Shown here: in pieces, positions 1 to 9,632 of the stretch
How the letters are laid out: every line of letters begins with the position of its first letter
Numbering within the stretch: position 1 is the first letter of the stretch
DNA from: Patescibacteria group bacterium
GTDB lineage: Bacteria > Patescibacteriota > Saccharimonadia > Saccharimonadales > JANWIN01
Reading direction: 5' to 3'
Length of the DNA: 64,000 nucleotides
Assembly (NCBI GenBank): GCA_035480855.1
Contig: DATIHJ010000019.1
Span: 80,096 to 144,095, forward strand
Position numbers and translations under genes: made by a program
The notes under the pieces: generated by a model
Seen by the model: the letters and a program-made list of their open reading frames with translations, nothing else
Told to the model about the DNA's origin: nothing
The model's database searches: none

Positions 1-1437
1 AAGGGAGCAGTCTTTGGCCGCGATTCACTTGAGGTCGCAGATGATCTATTGTTAATTAAACCGAGGCTTGTGCAGCATATACTCCTAACTCTAGCTAGCC
101 TACAGGGTCTACATAGCCATGACATTAGTGAGGAAGAGCATGGCAAGATTGTGCATGAGTACCGTACGGCCATTGTAGATGGCAGGCGCCTAGATGATAT
201 GTCAAAGCACATTTTTCATGAACTCTCGTCACGTTGGGGTGGCAATGAGCACGAGATGGCCTACTATGGCTCAATAGATGCTACACCTAAGTTTATTCAG
301 GTGACAGGTCACTATATGCATGCTCACGGCCACCAGCTTATGAACCGTGCTATTCGTCGCCGCGACGGCTCCATTGCACCGTTTCGTCAATCTATAGTAC
401 TCGCCACAGATTGGCTGGTAGAAAAGCTTTCAGACTCAAGCTCAGGACTACTGGAGTATCGTGCCAGGAATCCTCACGGCATAGAAAACCAAGCTTGGAA
501 GGATAGCAGAGAGTTTTATGTACATACCAACGGCAAACTTGCCAACCACAAGCAGCCGATTGGGTCCATTGAGGTACAGGGGCTAGCATATGACGCACTT
601 GAGGCAGCGGCAACTCTTCTTCCGGATAGGTCAGCTGAGCTAAAATCCCACGCCCAGAAACTTCGTGATAGAACTATTGAGCTGCTTTGGCGACCCAAAA
701 TCCATTATTTTGCACTAGGTATTGATCATCGTGATGACGGCAGTATACGTCCAATTGAAACAATTACGGCAAACCCGGCAACTCTTTTACACTCGCATTT
801 TTTTGACTACTTACCAGAGGCAGCAAAGCGAACTTACCTGAGCGGATTAATACGCAATATTATGGGTTCCGACTTTCTTACAGATGCAGGTGTACGAAGC
901 CGCTCGCTGAGCGAAAGCAAGTTAATTAAATTTTGGGACTATCACGGATCGTTTACTTCTTGGCCCAAGGAAACCTTTGATGTAGCTCAGGGACTACGGC
1001 AGCAAGGTTTTCCGCAACTGGCTGATCAGCTAGAAAACCGCATTTTAAATGTAGTACGTAAAAGCCGCAATTACCCAGAGTTTGTCTATGTGGATAGCCG
1101 TGGACGTGTGATGGCAGGACCCCCCGACCCACGTACGCACGGTGAATTATCTCTAGTCGTTGACAGTACAAACAGACCTGAGAGTATCCAGGCCTGGACC
1201 GTATCAGCGGTCTTAGCCATAACAACCGGTCGCAATCCTGGCAAAAGACGCAAAAAACTGCACCAAAAAGAGTGGCAAATAGCACTTGAGAAAGAAGTGC
1301 TTGCCCATATACCCCATGTATCTCCCTTACGTGGTAACAAAGAGCTTAGTGCTCGCTACCCAGATTATTCATATAAGCTTGCCCAAAATAAGGCAAAAAG
1401 CTCTGGTAATTTTCTGCACGAAACATCAGATAGCTAA
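1..1437 (+). CDS. Amylo-alpha-1,6-glucosidase / glycogen-debranching-enzyme-like protein (GDE C-terminal type), 5' end outside the window
   Basis: Frame is open from nt 1 (KGAVFGRDSLEV... precedes the TTG at 49 used by the ORF track). FGRDS motif and general resemblance to GDE_C glucosidases. Stop at 1435-1437. Confidence 0.6.
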   Translation, partial: KGAVFGRDSLEVADDLLLIKPRLVQHILLTLASLQGLHSHDISEEEHGKIVHEYRTAIVDGRRLDDMSKHIFHELSSRWGGNEHEMAYYGSIDATPKFIQVTGHYMHAHGHQLMNRAIRRRDGSIAPFRQSIVLATDWLVEKLSDSSSGLLEYRARNPHGIENQAWKDSREFYVHTNGKLANHKQPIGSIEVQGLAYDALEAAATLLPDRSAELKSHAQKLRDRTIELLWRPKIHYFALGIDHRDDGSIRPIETITANPATLLHSHFFDYLPEAAKRTYLSGLIRNIMGSDFLTDAGVRSRSLSESKLIKFWDYHGSFTSWPKETFDVAQGLRQQGFPQLADQLENRILNVVRKSRNYPEFVYVDSRGRVMAGPPDPRTHGELSLVVDSTNRPESIQAWTVSAVLAITTGRNPGKRRKKLHQKEWQIALEKEVLAHIPHVSPLRGNKELSARYPDYSYKLAQNKAKSSGNFLHETSDS

Positions 1438-1464
1438 ACTCTTCATCCCGAATCTGTTAAGGGG

Positions 1465-1493
1465 TTTACAAAATGCTTGTTTTCAGATAAGAT
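1465..1493 (+). promoter_or_regulatory. Candidate promoter for tuf (TTTACA-17 nt-TAAGAT)
   Basis: Hexamers at 1465-70 and 1488-93 with a 17-nt spacer, about 110 nt upstream of tuf. Confidence 0.35.
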
Positions 1494-1603
1494 TATTCGG
1501 TAACTCGCTTTGGGTAGTGATGCTCGCATTGCTATGTATAGGCGAAACTAATTAATATTCAGAATAACCCTTCGACTTCGCTCAGGGTAAAGGAGAATCA
1601 CAA

Positions 1604-2785
1604 ATGGCAGATTTTGACCGCAGTAAACCTCATGTAAACGTTGGTACTATGGGTCACGTTGACCACGGTAAAACCACACTTACGTCGGCTATTAAGACGG
1701 TTTTGGCAAAGAAGCTTCCTAGCGACACAAACAAAGCTGTAAGCTATGCCGAGATCGATAACGCACCAGAAGAAAAAGCTCGTGGTATTACTATTGCAAC
1801 CTCACACCAAGAGTATGAGAGTGAAAAGCGCCACTATGCCCACGTAGACATGCCTGGTCACGCCGACTATGTAAAGAATATGATTACAGGTGCTGCCCAG
1901 ATTGACGGTGCTATTTTGGTTGTATCTGCTGCTGATGGTCCTATGCCTCAAACCCGCGAGCATGTTCTTCTTGCCAAGCAAGTTGGTGTGCCTTCTATCT
2001 TGGTTTACATGAACAAGATGGACCTAGCTGATCCTGAACTAGTTGAGTTAGTAGAAATGGATATCCGCGAACTACTCAAGAAGTATGATTTTGACGAGAA
2101 CGCGCCCATCATCAAGGGTAGTGCCACTAAGGCGCTTGAGGGCAGCAAAGAAGATGAAGATTCCATTATGGAGCTTGTATCAAAAATGGATGAGTACATT
2201 CCAGAGCCCAAGCGTGATCTAGACAAGCCGTTCCTTATGCCTATTGAAGATGTTTTCTCAATTAAAGGTCGTGGCACAGTTGCTACTGGCCGTGTAGAGA
2301 CAGGTGTTGTTAAGGTAAACGAAGAGATTGAAATCGTCGGCATCCGTCCTACTAAGAAATCCGTCGTTACCGGTGTTGAGATGTTCAAGAAGAACCTAGA
2401 CCAGGGCCAAGCTGGCGATAATGTCGGTATTCTCCTGCGCGGTATTGAGCGTGAAGACATAGAACGAGGTCAGGTGCTTGCTAAGCCAGGTACTATTACT
2501 CCTCACACAGAGTTTGATAGTGAAGTTTACATACTTACCAAAGAAGAAGGCGGACGTCACACTCCATTCTTCAAGGGCTACAAGCCACAGTTTTACTTCC
2601 GTACTACCGATGTAACTGGTGAAGTTGAACTACCAGCCGATAAAGAAATGGTTATGCCTGGTGACACTATCACCTTTAAGGTCAAATTACTAGCACCTAT
2701 TGCTATGGAGCAAGGTCTGCGCTTTGCTATCCGCGAAGGTGGCCGCACTGTCGGCGCCGGCGTTGTGACTAAAATTGTTAAGTAA
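1604..2785 (+). CDS. tuf: Elongation factor Tu
   Basis: 393 aa. [11 protein letters not shown]-loop, DMPGHADY and NKMD GTPase motifs. SD AAGGAGA upstream. Confidence 0.97.
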   Translation: MADFDRSKPHVNVGTMGHVDHGKTTLTSAIKTVLAKKLPSDTNKAVSYAEIDNAPEEKARGITIATSHQEYESEKRHYAHVDMPGHADYVKNMITGAAQIDGAILVVSAADGPMPQTREHVLLAKQVGVPSILVYMNKMDLADPELVELVEMDIRELLKKYDFDENAPIIKGSATKALEGSKEDEDSIMELVSKMDEYIPEPKRDLDKPFLMPIEDVFSIKGRGTVATGRVETGVVKVNEEIEIVGIRPTKKSVVTGVEMFKKNLDQGQAGDNVGILLRGIEREDIERGQVLAKPGTITPHTEFDSEVYILTKEEGGRHTPFFKGYKPQFYFRTTDVTGEVELPADKEMVMPGDTITFKVKLLAPIAMEQGLRFAIREGGRTVGAGVVTKIVK

Positions 2786-2787
2786 AC

Positions 2788-3186
2788 ATGGCAGAAGATA
2801 AAGAAAAAACAGTGGTTGAAAAATCAGCTGCAAAGAAAGCAGCACCTGTTAAGGAAGTCAAAGAAAAGCCTACTGCCAGTACTGCTCAGCGCATTCGGAT
2901 CCGGCTAAAGGCATATGACCACAAGGTCATTGATCAGTCAGCCAAGCAGATTGTAGATACTGCTCTTCGTACTGGTGCTACAATCGCTGGTCCTATCCCA
3001 CTTCCGACACGTCGCAGTACATTTACTGTGGTAAAAAGTCCGCATGTTTACAAAAAAGGTCGTGAACAGTTTGAAATGCGGGTGCACAAACGTTTGATTG
3101 ACGTATTAGACCCTACCCCCAAGACCATAGATTCACTGATGAATTTATCGTTGCCCGCTGGCTGTGATGCTGAAATCAAAATGTAG
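2788..3186 (+). CDS. rpsJ: 30S ribosomal protein S10 with a K/A/E-rich N-terminal extension of about 30 aa
   Basis: Core [18 protein letters not shown]...GPIPLPT is S10-like. Starts 2 nt after the tuf stop. Confidence 0.95.
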   Translation: MAEDKEKTVVEKSAAKKAAPVKEVKEKPTASTAQRIRIRLKAYDHKVIDQSAKQIVDTALRTGATIAGPIPLPTRRSTFTVVKSPHVYKKGREQFEMRVHKRLIDVLDPTPKTIDSLMNLSLPAGCDAEIKM

Positions 3187-3207
3187 GTAATCCCTACCGA
3201 GAAGCCG

Positions 3208-3241
3208 AAAAAGATCATCCATTGTGATGATCTTTTTGATT
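3208..3241 (+). terminator. Intrinsic-terminator-like hairpin directly after rpsJ
   Basis: AAAAAGATCATC (3208-19), loop CATTGT, GATGATCTTTTT (3226-37): a perfect 12-bp stem running into a T tract. Confidence 0.55.
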
Positions 3242-3305
3242 GATAGGTATTGCTATGGGATTAATCTATTTGTAAATTGATGGCAAGTAACTACAGAAGC
3301 ATTCT

Positions 3306-3335
3306 TTGTTAAAAAAATATCCTTTGTGACATAAT
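3306..3335 (+). promoter_or_regulatory. Promoter TTGTTA-18 nt-TGaCATAAT, 7 nt upstream of ATG 3343 (leaderless geometry)
   Basis: -35 at 3306-11, TG at 3327-28, -10 at 3330-35. Confidence 0.45.
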
Positions 3336-3342
3336 GTTGCTT

Positions 3343-3627
3343 ATGGCTAAAGCAAAACAAACAGTTAAGAAACGACGTAACTTAGTAAATGAAGCAGATA
3401 GTGAGTATTTTCTTAAGATACTATTTTATCTTGTGATCGGGTCATTTTGGCTGCGTATTACCAATAGCTCTGGCACTCAGATACCTATTCCAATTGGTTT
3501 TATAGCCGGTGTGGCGCTTGCCATGCATGAGCGTCTTAGGATTGACCGTAAGCTAGAGTATGCAGTACTACTAATGGCAATGTTTATCGGTTTTTGGCTG
3601 CCAATAGGCATAACCATTACCCATTAA
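3343..3627 (+). CDS. Small hypothetical membrane protein (94 aa, 2-3 predicted TM helices) inserted between rpsJ and rplC
   Basis: ORF track starts at 3334. ATG 3343 fits the -10 + 7 nt geometry. Hydrophobic stretches FLKILFYLVIGSFWL, IPIGFIAGVALAM and AVLLMAMFIGFWLPIGI. No homolog recognised. Confidence 0.5.
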   Translation: MAKAKQTVKKRRNLVNEADSEYFLKILFYLVIGSFWLRITNSSGTQIPIPIGFIAGVALAMHERLRIDRKLEYAVLLMAMFIGFWLPIGITITH

Positions 3628-3651
3628 TCGATTTGTAGAATACACAACGAG

Positions 3652-3681
3652 TTGACAGAGGTAGCAATGGTCTGTTAATCT
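3652..3681 (+). promoter_or_regulatory. Candidate promoter for rplC and downstream genes (TTGACA-18 nt-TGtTAATCT)
   Basis: -35 at 3652-57, TG at 3673-74, -10 at 3676-81. Leaves a leader of about 130 nt before rplC. Confidence 0.4.
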
Positions 3682-3820
3682 GTAACGGTACAACAAGACT
3701 CTGAGCACTTGGCATATTGGCAAGTCCACCACGTAACAGGGGTAGATACTGCTAGTAGCCAAGCATTTTTGTGTCTTATCCAGATTCAAAAGCAAGGGTT
3801 ATTAATCTGTACGAGGATTC

Positions 3821-4429
3821 ATGAAAGCATTGATCGCCAAAAAAGTCGGTATGACAAGCACCATCGCAGAAGACGGTGCAGCTGTTGCTGTGACTTTGCT
3901 TTTAGTTGAACCCAATGTAATAAGTCAAATCAAGACAGATGAAACTGATGGTTATACAGCCGTACAAGTAGGCGCAGGAACCGCCAAGCTAGGTAAGGCA
4001 CAGAAAGGTCATTTCAAAGCCGCCAAGATTATGCCTACCATTACCCGTGAATTCCGTGTAGACGAAATCACAGAAGACCTCAAGGTTGGAGAAACACTCA
4101 GCCCCGAGGTCTTTTCAGTTGGAGACATAGTGGCCGTAACCGGAACCAGCAAGGGTAAAGGCTGGGCAGGCACCATAAAGCGACACAACTTTCACCGTGG
4201 ACGCAAGACACATGGTGGTCGCAGCTACCGTCGCCCTGGTTCAATTGGCTCCATGTATCCACAGCACATATTTAAGGGTAAAAAGATGGCTGGACATATG
4301 GGTCATGAACGTGTGACCGTAAAAGGACTCAAGGTAGCAATTGTGGATACAGAGCTTGGTGTAATTGGTGTCACCGGTGCAGTCCCCGGCCCACGTAAAG
4401 CAACGGTCTTGATACGAGGAGCTAACTAA
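3821..4429 (+). CDS. rplC: 50S ribosomal protein L3
   Basis: GTSKGKGWAGTIKRHNFHRG... L3 signature. SD GAGGA upstream. Confidence 0.95.
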   Translation: MKALIAKKVGMTSTIAEDGAAVAVTLLLVEPNVISQIKTDETDGYTAVQVGAGTAKLGKAQKGHFKAAKIMPTITREFRVDEITEDLKVGETLSPEVFSVGDIVAVTGTSKGKGWAGTIKRHNFHRGRKTHGGRSYRRPGSIGSMYPQHIFKGKKMAGHMGHERVTVKGLKVAIVDTELGVIGVTGAVPGPRKATVLIRGAN

Positions 4430-5097
4430 TGCCAGTAGCTACTTATACCAAGACCGGCAACAAAGCCTCTACAGTCGCGAAGCTAGACAAGGCAGTATTT
4501 GGTGTTGAAGTCAAAAACCATGACTTATTGAAGCAAGCCTACCTAGCTTACCTAGCAAATGGACGCGAGAACCTAGCCGTTGTTAAAACCCGAGGCTTAG
4601 TACGTGGCGGTGGTAAAAAACCCTGGAAACAAAAGGGAACGGGTCGGGCACGCTTTGGCTCGTCTCGTAACCCCATTTGGCGTGGTGGTGGTATTGTATT
4701 TGGTCCAACTGGGTTAGAAAACTATTCTCACAACCTCAGTACTCAGTCTAAACGACTTGCCTTGCGTCAAGCCCTATCACTTGCAGCCGATGGCGGACTT
4801 GTAAAAGTTATAGAAACGTTTGAGTGTAAAGAAGGAAAAGTCGCGCCAACAGCTAAGTTACTAAAGAAACTAGAGGCAGACAAAAATGTTCTTCTAGTAG
4901 TTAGCGTTAAAGATAACTTGGTAGAGCAAGCAACTCGTAACATCCCTGGTGTTAAAGCAGTACAAGCTACTTACTTGAACGTTTTTGACATCTTAAATGC
5001 TGACCATATTATCATTAGCCAAGAAGCACTAGTTACTATTAAAGGTTGGTTAGGTGTGACACCTAATGCTGTGGCAGCTAAAGAGGTAAAGGCATGA
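4429..5097 (+). CDS. rplD: 50S ribosomal protein L4
   Basis: GGGKKPWKQKGTGRARFGS motif. TAATG overlap with rplC. Confidence 0.95.
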   Translation: MPVATYTKTGNKASTVAKLDKAVFGVEVKNHDLLKQAYLAYLANGRENLAVVKTRGLVRGGGKKPWKQKGTGRARFGSSRNPIWRGGGIVFGPTGLENYSHNLSTQSKRLALRQALSLAADGGLVKVIETFECKEGKVAPTAKLLKKLEADKNVLLVVSVKDNLVEQATRNIPGVKAVQATYLNVFDILNADHIIISQEALVTIKGWLGVTPNAVAAKEVKA

Positions 5098-5465
5098 GTG
5101 AGCTACTTATACTCAAACCACGCCTAAGTGAAAAAGCTTACGGGCTTAGCCAGACGAACCGTACCTACGTTTTTGATGTCTTATCTAGTGCTAGCAAACA
5201 AAGTATAGGTGTGGCTGTAAGCGAGCAGTTTGCTGTCAGCGTAACCAATGTAAACGTGGCAAACATTAAGGGCAAAGCCAAGCGCACATACGTAAGCCGC
5301 CGTGGCAAGTTTGTCCGTGGTACACGTTCTGATACCAAGAAGGCTTATGTGACGCTTAAAGAAGGTGATAGCATACCAATTTTTGCGGCAGAAGAAGAGG
5401 CAGAGGCTAAGGCTCAAAAAGCCGAAGAAAAAGCTGTTAAAAAAGCTGCTAAGGAGAAGAAATAA
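5094..5465 (+). CDS. rplW: 50S ribosomal protein L23 (E/A/K-rich C-terminal tail)
   Basis: Position and sequence (LKPRLSEKA...) match L23. ATGA overlap with rplD. Confidence 0.93.
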   Translation: MSELLILKPRLSEKAYGLSQTNRTYVFDVLSSASKQSIGVAVSEQFAVSVTNVNVANIKGKAKRTYVSRRGKFVRGTRSDTKKAYVTLKEGDSIPIFAAEEEAEAKAQKAEEKAVKKAAKEKK

Positions 5466-6319
5466 TGGCTATAAAAGCATATAAGCCGACTACTCCTGGC
5501 CAGCGAGGCATGACTACTCAAGATTTGAGTGAGATAACTACTAAGAAGCCACTTAAGTCACTACTAGTATCCCAAAAGGTTGGTAGCGGCCGCAACAACC
5601 AAGGACGCATTACCACCCGTCACCGTGGTGGTGGCGTGCACCACTTTTACCGGTTGGTTAACTTCCAACTTGCAAGCGGTACTAAGGCTACCGTAGAACA
5701 GATAGAGTATGACCCTAACCGTAGTGCCCGTATTGCCAGAATTAAGGATGGCGAAGGCACCTATCACTACATTATTGCGGCTAAGGGAATGAGGGTTGGC
5801 CAAAAACTAGTAAGTGACCAAGAAGCTCCTATAGAAAACGGAAATCGTTTGCCGCTCAAGAACATACCTGTGGGTAGTGTTATATATGCAGTTGAACTAC
5901 AGCCGGGTAAAGGCGCACAACTAGCCCGCAGCGCCGGTGTGCAAGCCCAGCTAGTGGCTAAAGAAGGCACCTATGCCCAGGTACGCTTGCCTAGTGGCGA
6001 AGTCCGGATGGTTCTGCTAGAATGCATGGCCAGTATGGGCGGCGTCGGAAACGACCAACACCAGAATGTTAAGATCGGCAAAGCAGGACGAAACCGTAAA
6101 AAGGGCAAACGCCCTGGAGTACGTGGTGTAGTTATGAATGCAGTAGACCACCCACATGGTGGTGGTGATGGTGGTAGGCACGGAATTGGCGGTGGTAAAG
6201 ACCATGGATCTGCACCTAAGACGCCTTGGGGCCAGAAGACTTTGGGATATAAAACCCGTCGCCGTAAGAGTACGACCAAGTTTATAGTGAAGAGCCGTCA
6301 TGCGGCTAAGAGGAGATAA
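5465..6319 (+). CDS. rplB: 50S ribosomal protein L2
   Basis: GRNNQGRITTRHRGGG and MNAVDHPHGGG motifs. Confidence 0.97.
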   Translation: MAIKAYKPTTPGQRGMTTQDLSEITTKKPLKSLLVSQKVGSGRNNQGRITTRHRGGGVHHFYRLVNFQLASGTKATVEQIEYDPNRSARIARIKDGEGTYHYIIAAKGMRVGQKLVSDQEAPIENGNRLPLKNIPVGSVIYAVELQPGKGAQLARSAGVQAQLVAKEGTYAQVRLPSGEVRMVLLECMASMGGVGNDQHQNVKIGKAGRNRKKGKRPGVRGVVMNAVDHPHGGGDGGRHGIGGGKDHGSAPKTPWGQKTLGYKTRRRKSTTKFIVKSRHAAKRR

Positions 6320-6324
6320 TTAGA

Positions 6325-6651
6325 ATGCCTAAAATAGATAGCGCAAATTTAGTAAAGCCACAAAGAATATGGATGCAGGGATTTAACGATGCTGTTTTTG
6401 AAGATGTATTTGGTCAAGCATATGTAACTATTGAAGAACTGCATAAGAAACATTACCTCGGTGACGAATTTAAATCTGTAGAAACACCTCCTCTTTGTAA
6501 TTTGAGCAATTCGTACATGAGCGACTATTTTGAACAAAGAAGTTTTGGACTTCATAGTTACACAAGTGGCTATAAAGCTGCTTCTTATATCTTATTAAAA
6601 GACCAGGGAGTAATTTCTCAAGTTGCCGAAACAGGGGGCAGTCGTGTCTAG
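6325..6651 (+). CDS. Orphan 108-aa ORF inserted between rplB and rpsS
   Basis: ATG 9 nt after SD AGGAG (6311-15, inside the rplB 3' end). AT-rich. Its stop overlaps the rpsS start. No recognisable family. Confidence 0.4.
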   Translation: MPKIDSANLVKPQRIWMQGFNDAVFEDVFGQAYVTIEELHKKHYLGDEFKSVETPPLCNLSNSYMSDYFEQRSFGLHSYTSGYKAASYILLKDQGVISQVAETGGSRV

Positions 6652-6919
6652 ATCTCTCAAAAAAGGACCATTCGTTGATCCGAAACTGGCCAAAAAGGTA
6701 GCTGCATTGGGCGGTGAGGATCGTACCATTATCAAAACATGGGCCCGCGCATCTACCATAAGTCCGGATTTTGTAGGTCGTACAATAGCAGTACACAACG
6801 GCAAAGTCCACGTTCCAGTATTTATTACAGAAAATATGGTTGGGCACAAACTGGGTGAATTTTCTCCAACTCGTAAGTTCCGTAGCCATGGCGGCAAATT
6901 AGCAAAGGCAGGTAACTAA
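6644..6919 (+). CDS. rpsS: 30S ribosomal protein S19
   Basis: GTG 6644 gives the canonical N-terminus (M)[10 protein letters not shown] and follows GGGGG (6634-38). The ORF track TTG 6623 would add 7 residues. [23 protein letters not shown] motif. Confidence 0.93.
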   Translation: MSRSLKKGPFVDPKLAKKVAALGGEDRTIIKTWARASTISPDFVGRTIAVHNGKVHVPVFITENMVGHKLGEFSPTRKFRSHGGKLAKAGN

Positions 6920-6921
6920 TA

Positions 6922-7311
6922 ATGAGTGTTCAAGCAGTAGCCAAAGGCGTTAGTATGAGCCCCCGCAAAGTAGCGGTAGTGGCTGATCTAGTACGCGGTC
7001 ACTCAGTAGCAGATGCACTGACTATCTTAGAACACACGCCCCGCCGCTCAGCCCTTCCCGTTAAAAAAGTTATCGAGAGCGCCCAATCAAATGCAGACCA
7101 TAACCACAATCTACGTCCTGAAAGTTTGAAGATAGTAACTATTAGCGTTACTCCTGGCCCACGAACTAAGCGTTACCGACCAGCAGCCCACGGCCGTGCC
7201 TTGCCCTACCAAAAGAAGAGCTCACATATAACCGTTATTGTTGAAGGTGAAAAACGCGAAGTTAAAAAGGTAGCAGACAAGAAACCTGCAACTAAGAAGG
7301 AGACCAAGTAA
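6922..7311 (+). CDS. rplV: 50S ribosomal protein L22 (K-rich C-terminal tail)
   Basis: Order and sequence (SPRKVAVVADLVRG...). Confidence 0.95.
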   Translation: MSVQAVAKGVSMSPRKVAVVADLVRGHSVADALTILEHTPRRSALPVKKVIESAQSNADHNHNLRPESLKIVTISVTPGPRTKRYRPAAHGRALPYQKKSSHITVIVEGEKREVKKVADKKPATKKETK

Positions 7312-7940
7312 TGGGCCAAAAAGTTAACCCTACCAGCATGCGTCTCCAAGTAAATAAGGATTGGCGTAGTAAATGGTTTGCTAACAAAAAAGAGTATGCA
7401 ATCTATCTTGGACAAGATTTGGCTGTCCGCCGGATGATCCAGGACAAACTTGGCTCCCGCGCCGCCATTAACAAGGTTGACATTGAACGTTCACCTAACC
7501 TAGTTACTGTAACCATCAATACCGCTAAAGCCGGTGTAGTTATTGGTCGTGGTGGTACAGGTGCCCAGGAGCTTAAGACTGCTATTGAAAAAATCTACGG
7601 TGTACCTTCTCGTGTAAATATTGAAGAAGTCAAGAAACCTGAACTGCACGCCAAGCTAGTTGCAGAAAACATTGCCCACCAGCTAGAGCGTCGTATTTCT
7701 TTCCGCCGAGCTATCAAGCAGACAGCTGCCGCTACAATGCGGGCTGGTGCCAAAGGTGTCCGCATACAGGTGTCTGGCCGACTAAATGGCAATGATATGT
7801 CACGACGCGAGAAAGAAGTTGCTGGAAGCGTGCCTTTGCACACAATACGGGCAGATATTGACTATGCCCAAGTACACGCCAAAACTGTTTCTGGAATCAT
7901 TGGCGTTAAAGTTTGGATTTATAAGGGAGAGGTAGTCTAG
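7311..7940 (+). CDS. rpsC: 30S ribosomal protein S3
   Basis: [13 protein letters not shown]-terminus and KH-domain GRGG motif. Confidence 0.96.
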   Translation: MGQKVNPTSMRLQVNKDWRSKWFANKKEYAIYLGQDLAVRRMIQDKLGSRAAINKVDIERSPNLVTVTINTAKAGVVIGRGGTGAQELKTAIEKIYGVPSRVNIEEVKKPELHAKLVAENIAHQLERRISFRRAIKQTAAATMRAGAKGVRIQVSGRLNGNDMSRREKEVAGSVPLHTIRADIDYAQVHAKTVSGIIGVKVWIYKGEVV

Positions 7941-7941
7941 C

Positions 7942-8355
7942 ATGTTGATGCCGAGCCGCACTAAACACCGCAAGGTCCGAAAAGGCCGTATTCGTGGCGT
8001 AGCAACGGCTGGCAACTATATTGCCTTTGGTGAGTATGCCTTGCAGGCCCAAAGCTCAGAGCGCATTACTGCCCGCCAGATTGAAGCTGCCCGCCAAGCT
8101 ATGACCCGCTATATCAAGCGTGGTGGCAAAATCTGGATCCGAATATTCCCCCACACACCAGTCACTCGTAAACCCCAAGACGTAAAAATGGGTAGCGGTA
8201 AGGGTAACCCTGAGTTTTTTGTAGCCAAGGTCCGTCCGGGCACCATTCTGTTTGAAATGCAGGGCGTTAGCGAAGAAGTTGCGCGTGAAGCAATGCGCCT
8301 GGCTGCACACAAACTTCCCATTAAAACCAAGTTCTTGATTAAGGAAGGGGTATAG
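7942..8355 (+). CDS. rplP: 50S ribosomal protein L16
   Basis: [11 protein letters not shown]... L16 N-terminus. Confidence 0.96.
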   Translation: MLMPSRTKHRKVRKGRIRGVATAGNYIAFGEYALQAQSSERITARQIEAARQAMTRYIKRGGKIWIRIFPHTPVTRKPQDVKMGSGKGNPEFFVAKVRPGTILFEMQGVSEEVAREAMRLAAHKLPIKTKFLIKEGV

Positions 8356-8357
8356 CT

Positions 8358-8558
8358 ATGAAAATTGCTGATATCCGTAAACTTTCTACTAAAGAACTAG
8401 CTAGCGAAAGTACCAAACTACGTGATGAGATTATGCAGCTTAGGCGCGGTCTATATATGGGTGAAACCCAAAACGTCCGTTTAGTCCGCCACAAGCGCAA
8501 AGATTTAGCCCGTTTGTTAACTGTACTGGGCGAGCAATTAAGCAAGGAGGCTCTATAA
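8358..8558 (+). CDS. rpmC: 50S ribosomal protein L29
   Basis: Size, position and sequence (IRKLSTKELASE...LR). Confidence 0.93.
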   Translation: MKIADIRKLSTKELASESTKLRDEIMQLRRGLYMGETQNVRLVRHKRKDLARLLTVLGEQLSKEAL

Positions 8559-8914
8559 TGGCCAAAACACTGATTGGCGTTGTATCGTCTGATAAACCAG
8601 ATAAGACAATTATTGTTACCGTACGCTCACGTAAAACACATCCCCTATATAAGAAGCAGTACTCCGTCTCTCGTCGTTTTATGGCCCATGATGCCAAAAA
8701 CGAGGCTCAAGAAGGTGACAAAGTATCTATTATAGAAACTCGACCACTTAGCGCTCGTAAGCGCTACAAACTGGACAAGATTATTGAGAAACCCGCTATA
8801 CGCCAGGAATTATCTGTAGAGGCCGTAACAGCAGAACCAGCACCTGAGGAAAAGCCTGAGGAAAAAACGCCAGCAAAACCTGCTAGCAAAGCAAAGAAAC
8901 CGGAGTCCAAATAA
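8558..8914 (+). CDS. rpsQ: 30S ribosomal protein S17 (P/E/K-rich C-terminal tail of about 35 aa)
   Basis: [16 protein letters not shown]...[13 protein letters not shown] core. Confidence 0.94.
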   Translation: MAKTLIGVVSSDKPDKTIIVTVRSRKTHPLYKKQYSVSRRFMAHDAKNEAQEGDKVSIIETRPLSARKRYKLDKIIEKPAIRQELSVEAVTAEPAPEEKPEEKTPAKPASKAKKPESK

Positions 8915-9282
8915 TGATTCAACAAGAATCACGATTACTAGTAACAGACAACAGCGGTGCCAAAGAAATTTTGTGCATCCGTGTACTTGGTGGTACCCGA
9001 CGCCGCTACGCACATGTTGGCGATACTATTGTGGCCACCGTTAAACAAGCTAACCCGAGCGGCAACGTCAAGAAGAAGTCTGTAGTACGAGCGGTAGTGG
9101 TACGAACTAAAGCACCTATTAAGCGCCGTGATGGTTCTACAATCCGTTTTGATGACAACGCAGCCGTAATAATTGGCGACGACAAGTTGCCACGGGGCAC
9201 TCGTATTTTTGGTCCTGTACCGCGTGAGCTTCGCGACATGGGCTACGCCCGAATCATTTCACTAGCGCCGGAGGTACTATAA
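8914..9282 (+). CDS. rplN: 50S ribosomal protein L14
   Basis: [18 protein letters not shown]-terminus. Confidence 0.97.
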   Translation: MIQQESRLLVTDNSGAKEILCIRVLGGTRRRYAHVGDTIVATVKQANPSGNVKKKSVVRAVVVRTKAPIKRRDGSTIRFDDNAAVIIGDDKLPRGTRIFGPVPRELRDMGYARIISLAPEVL

Positions 9283-9632
9283 TGAGCCGCGCTCCAGAAC
9301 TAAATAAGACTGTCTACAAAATACGTCTCAAGGTAGGCGACACTATTGTGGTCCGTGCTGGCAAATACAAAGGCAAAACTGGAAAAATCATTGCCACGCA
9401 CCCCACCCTTAACCAGGTTACTGTTGAAGGTATTAATGTAGTCAAAAAGCATATTAAGCCTACCCGTCAGCAGCCTAAGGGCACAATCGTGGAGCTGACT
9501 AAGCCTATGTGGGTATCTAAAGTTGGTATTGTTGAACCTGCTAGCAAAAAGCCAGCCAGGATTGCTTATAAAGTTGCCAAAGACGGCACCAAGACCCGTG
9601 TATTTGCCAAAACACTCAAGGAGATTAAGTAA
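9282..9632 (+). CDS. rplX: 50S ribosomal protein L24
   Basis: KOW motif VGDTIVVRAGKYKGKTGKI. Confidence 0.95.
   Translation: MSRAPELNKTVYKIRLKVGDTIVVRAGKYKGKTGKIIATHPTLNQVTVEGINVVKKHIKPTRQQPKGTIVELTKPMWVSKVGIVEPASKKPARIAYKVAKDGTKTRVFAKTLKEIK

Noticed and set aside
3675-3811. The 10-mer TTAATCTGTA repeated at 3675-84 and 3802-11 in the rplC leader, considered as a possible protein-binding repeat.
   Set aside because: Only two AT-rich copies exist, and one coincides with the predicted -10 box. This cannot be distinguished from chance without comparative data, so it is mentioned only within the rpsJ|rplC finding.
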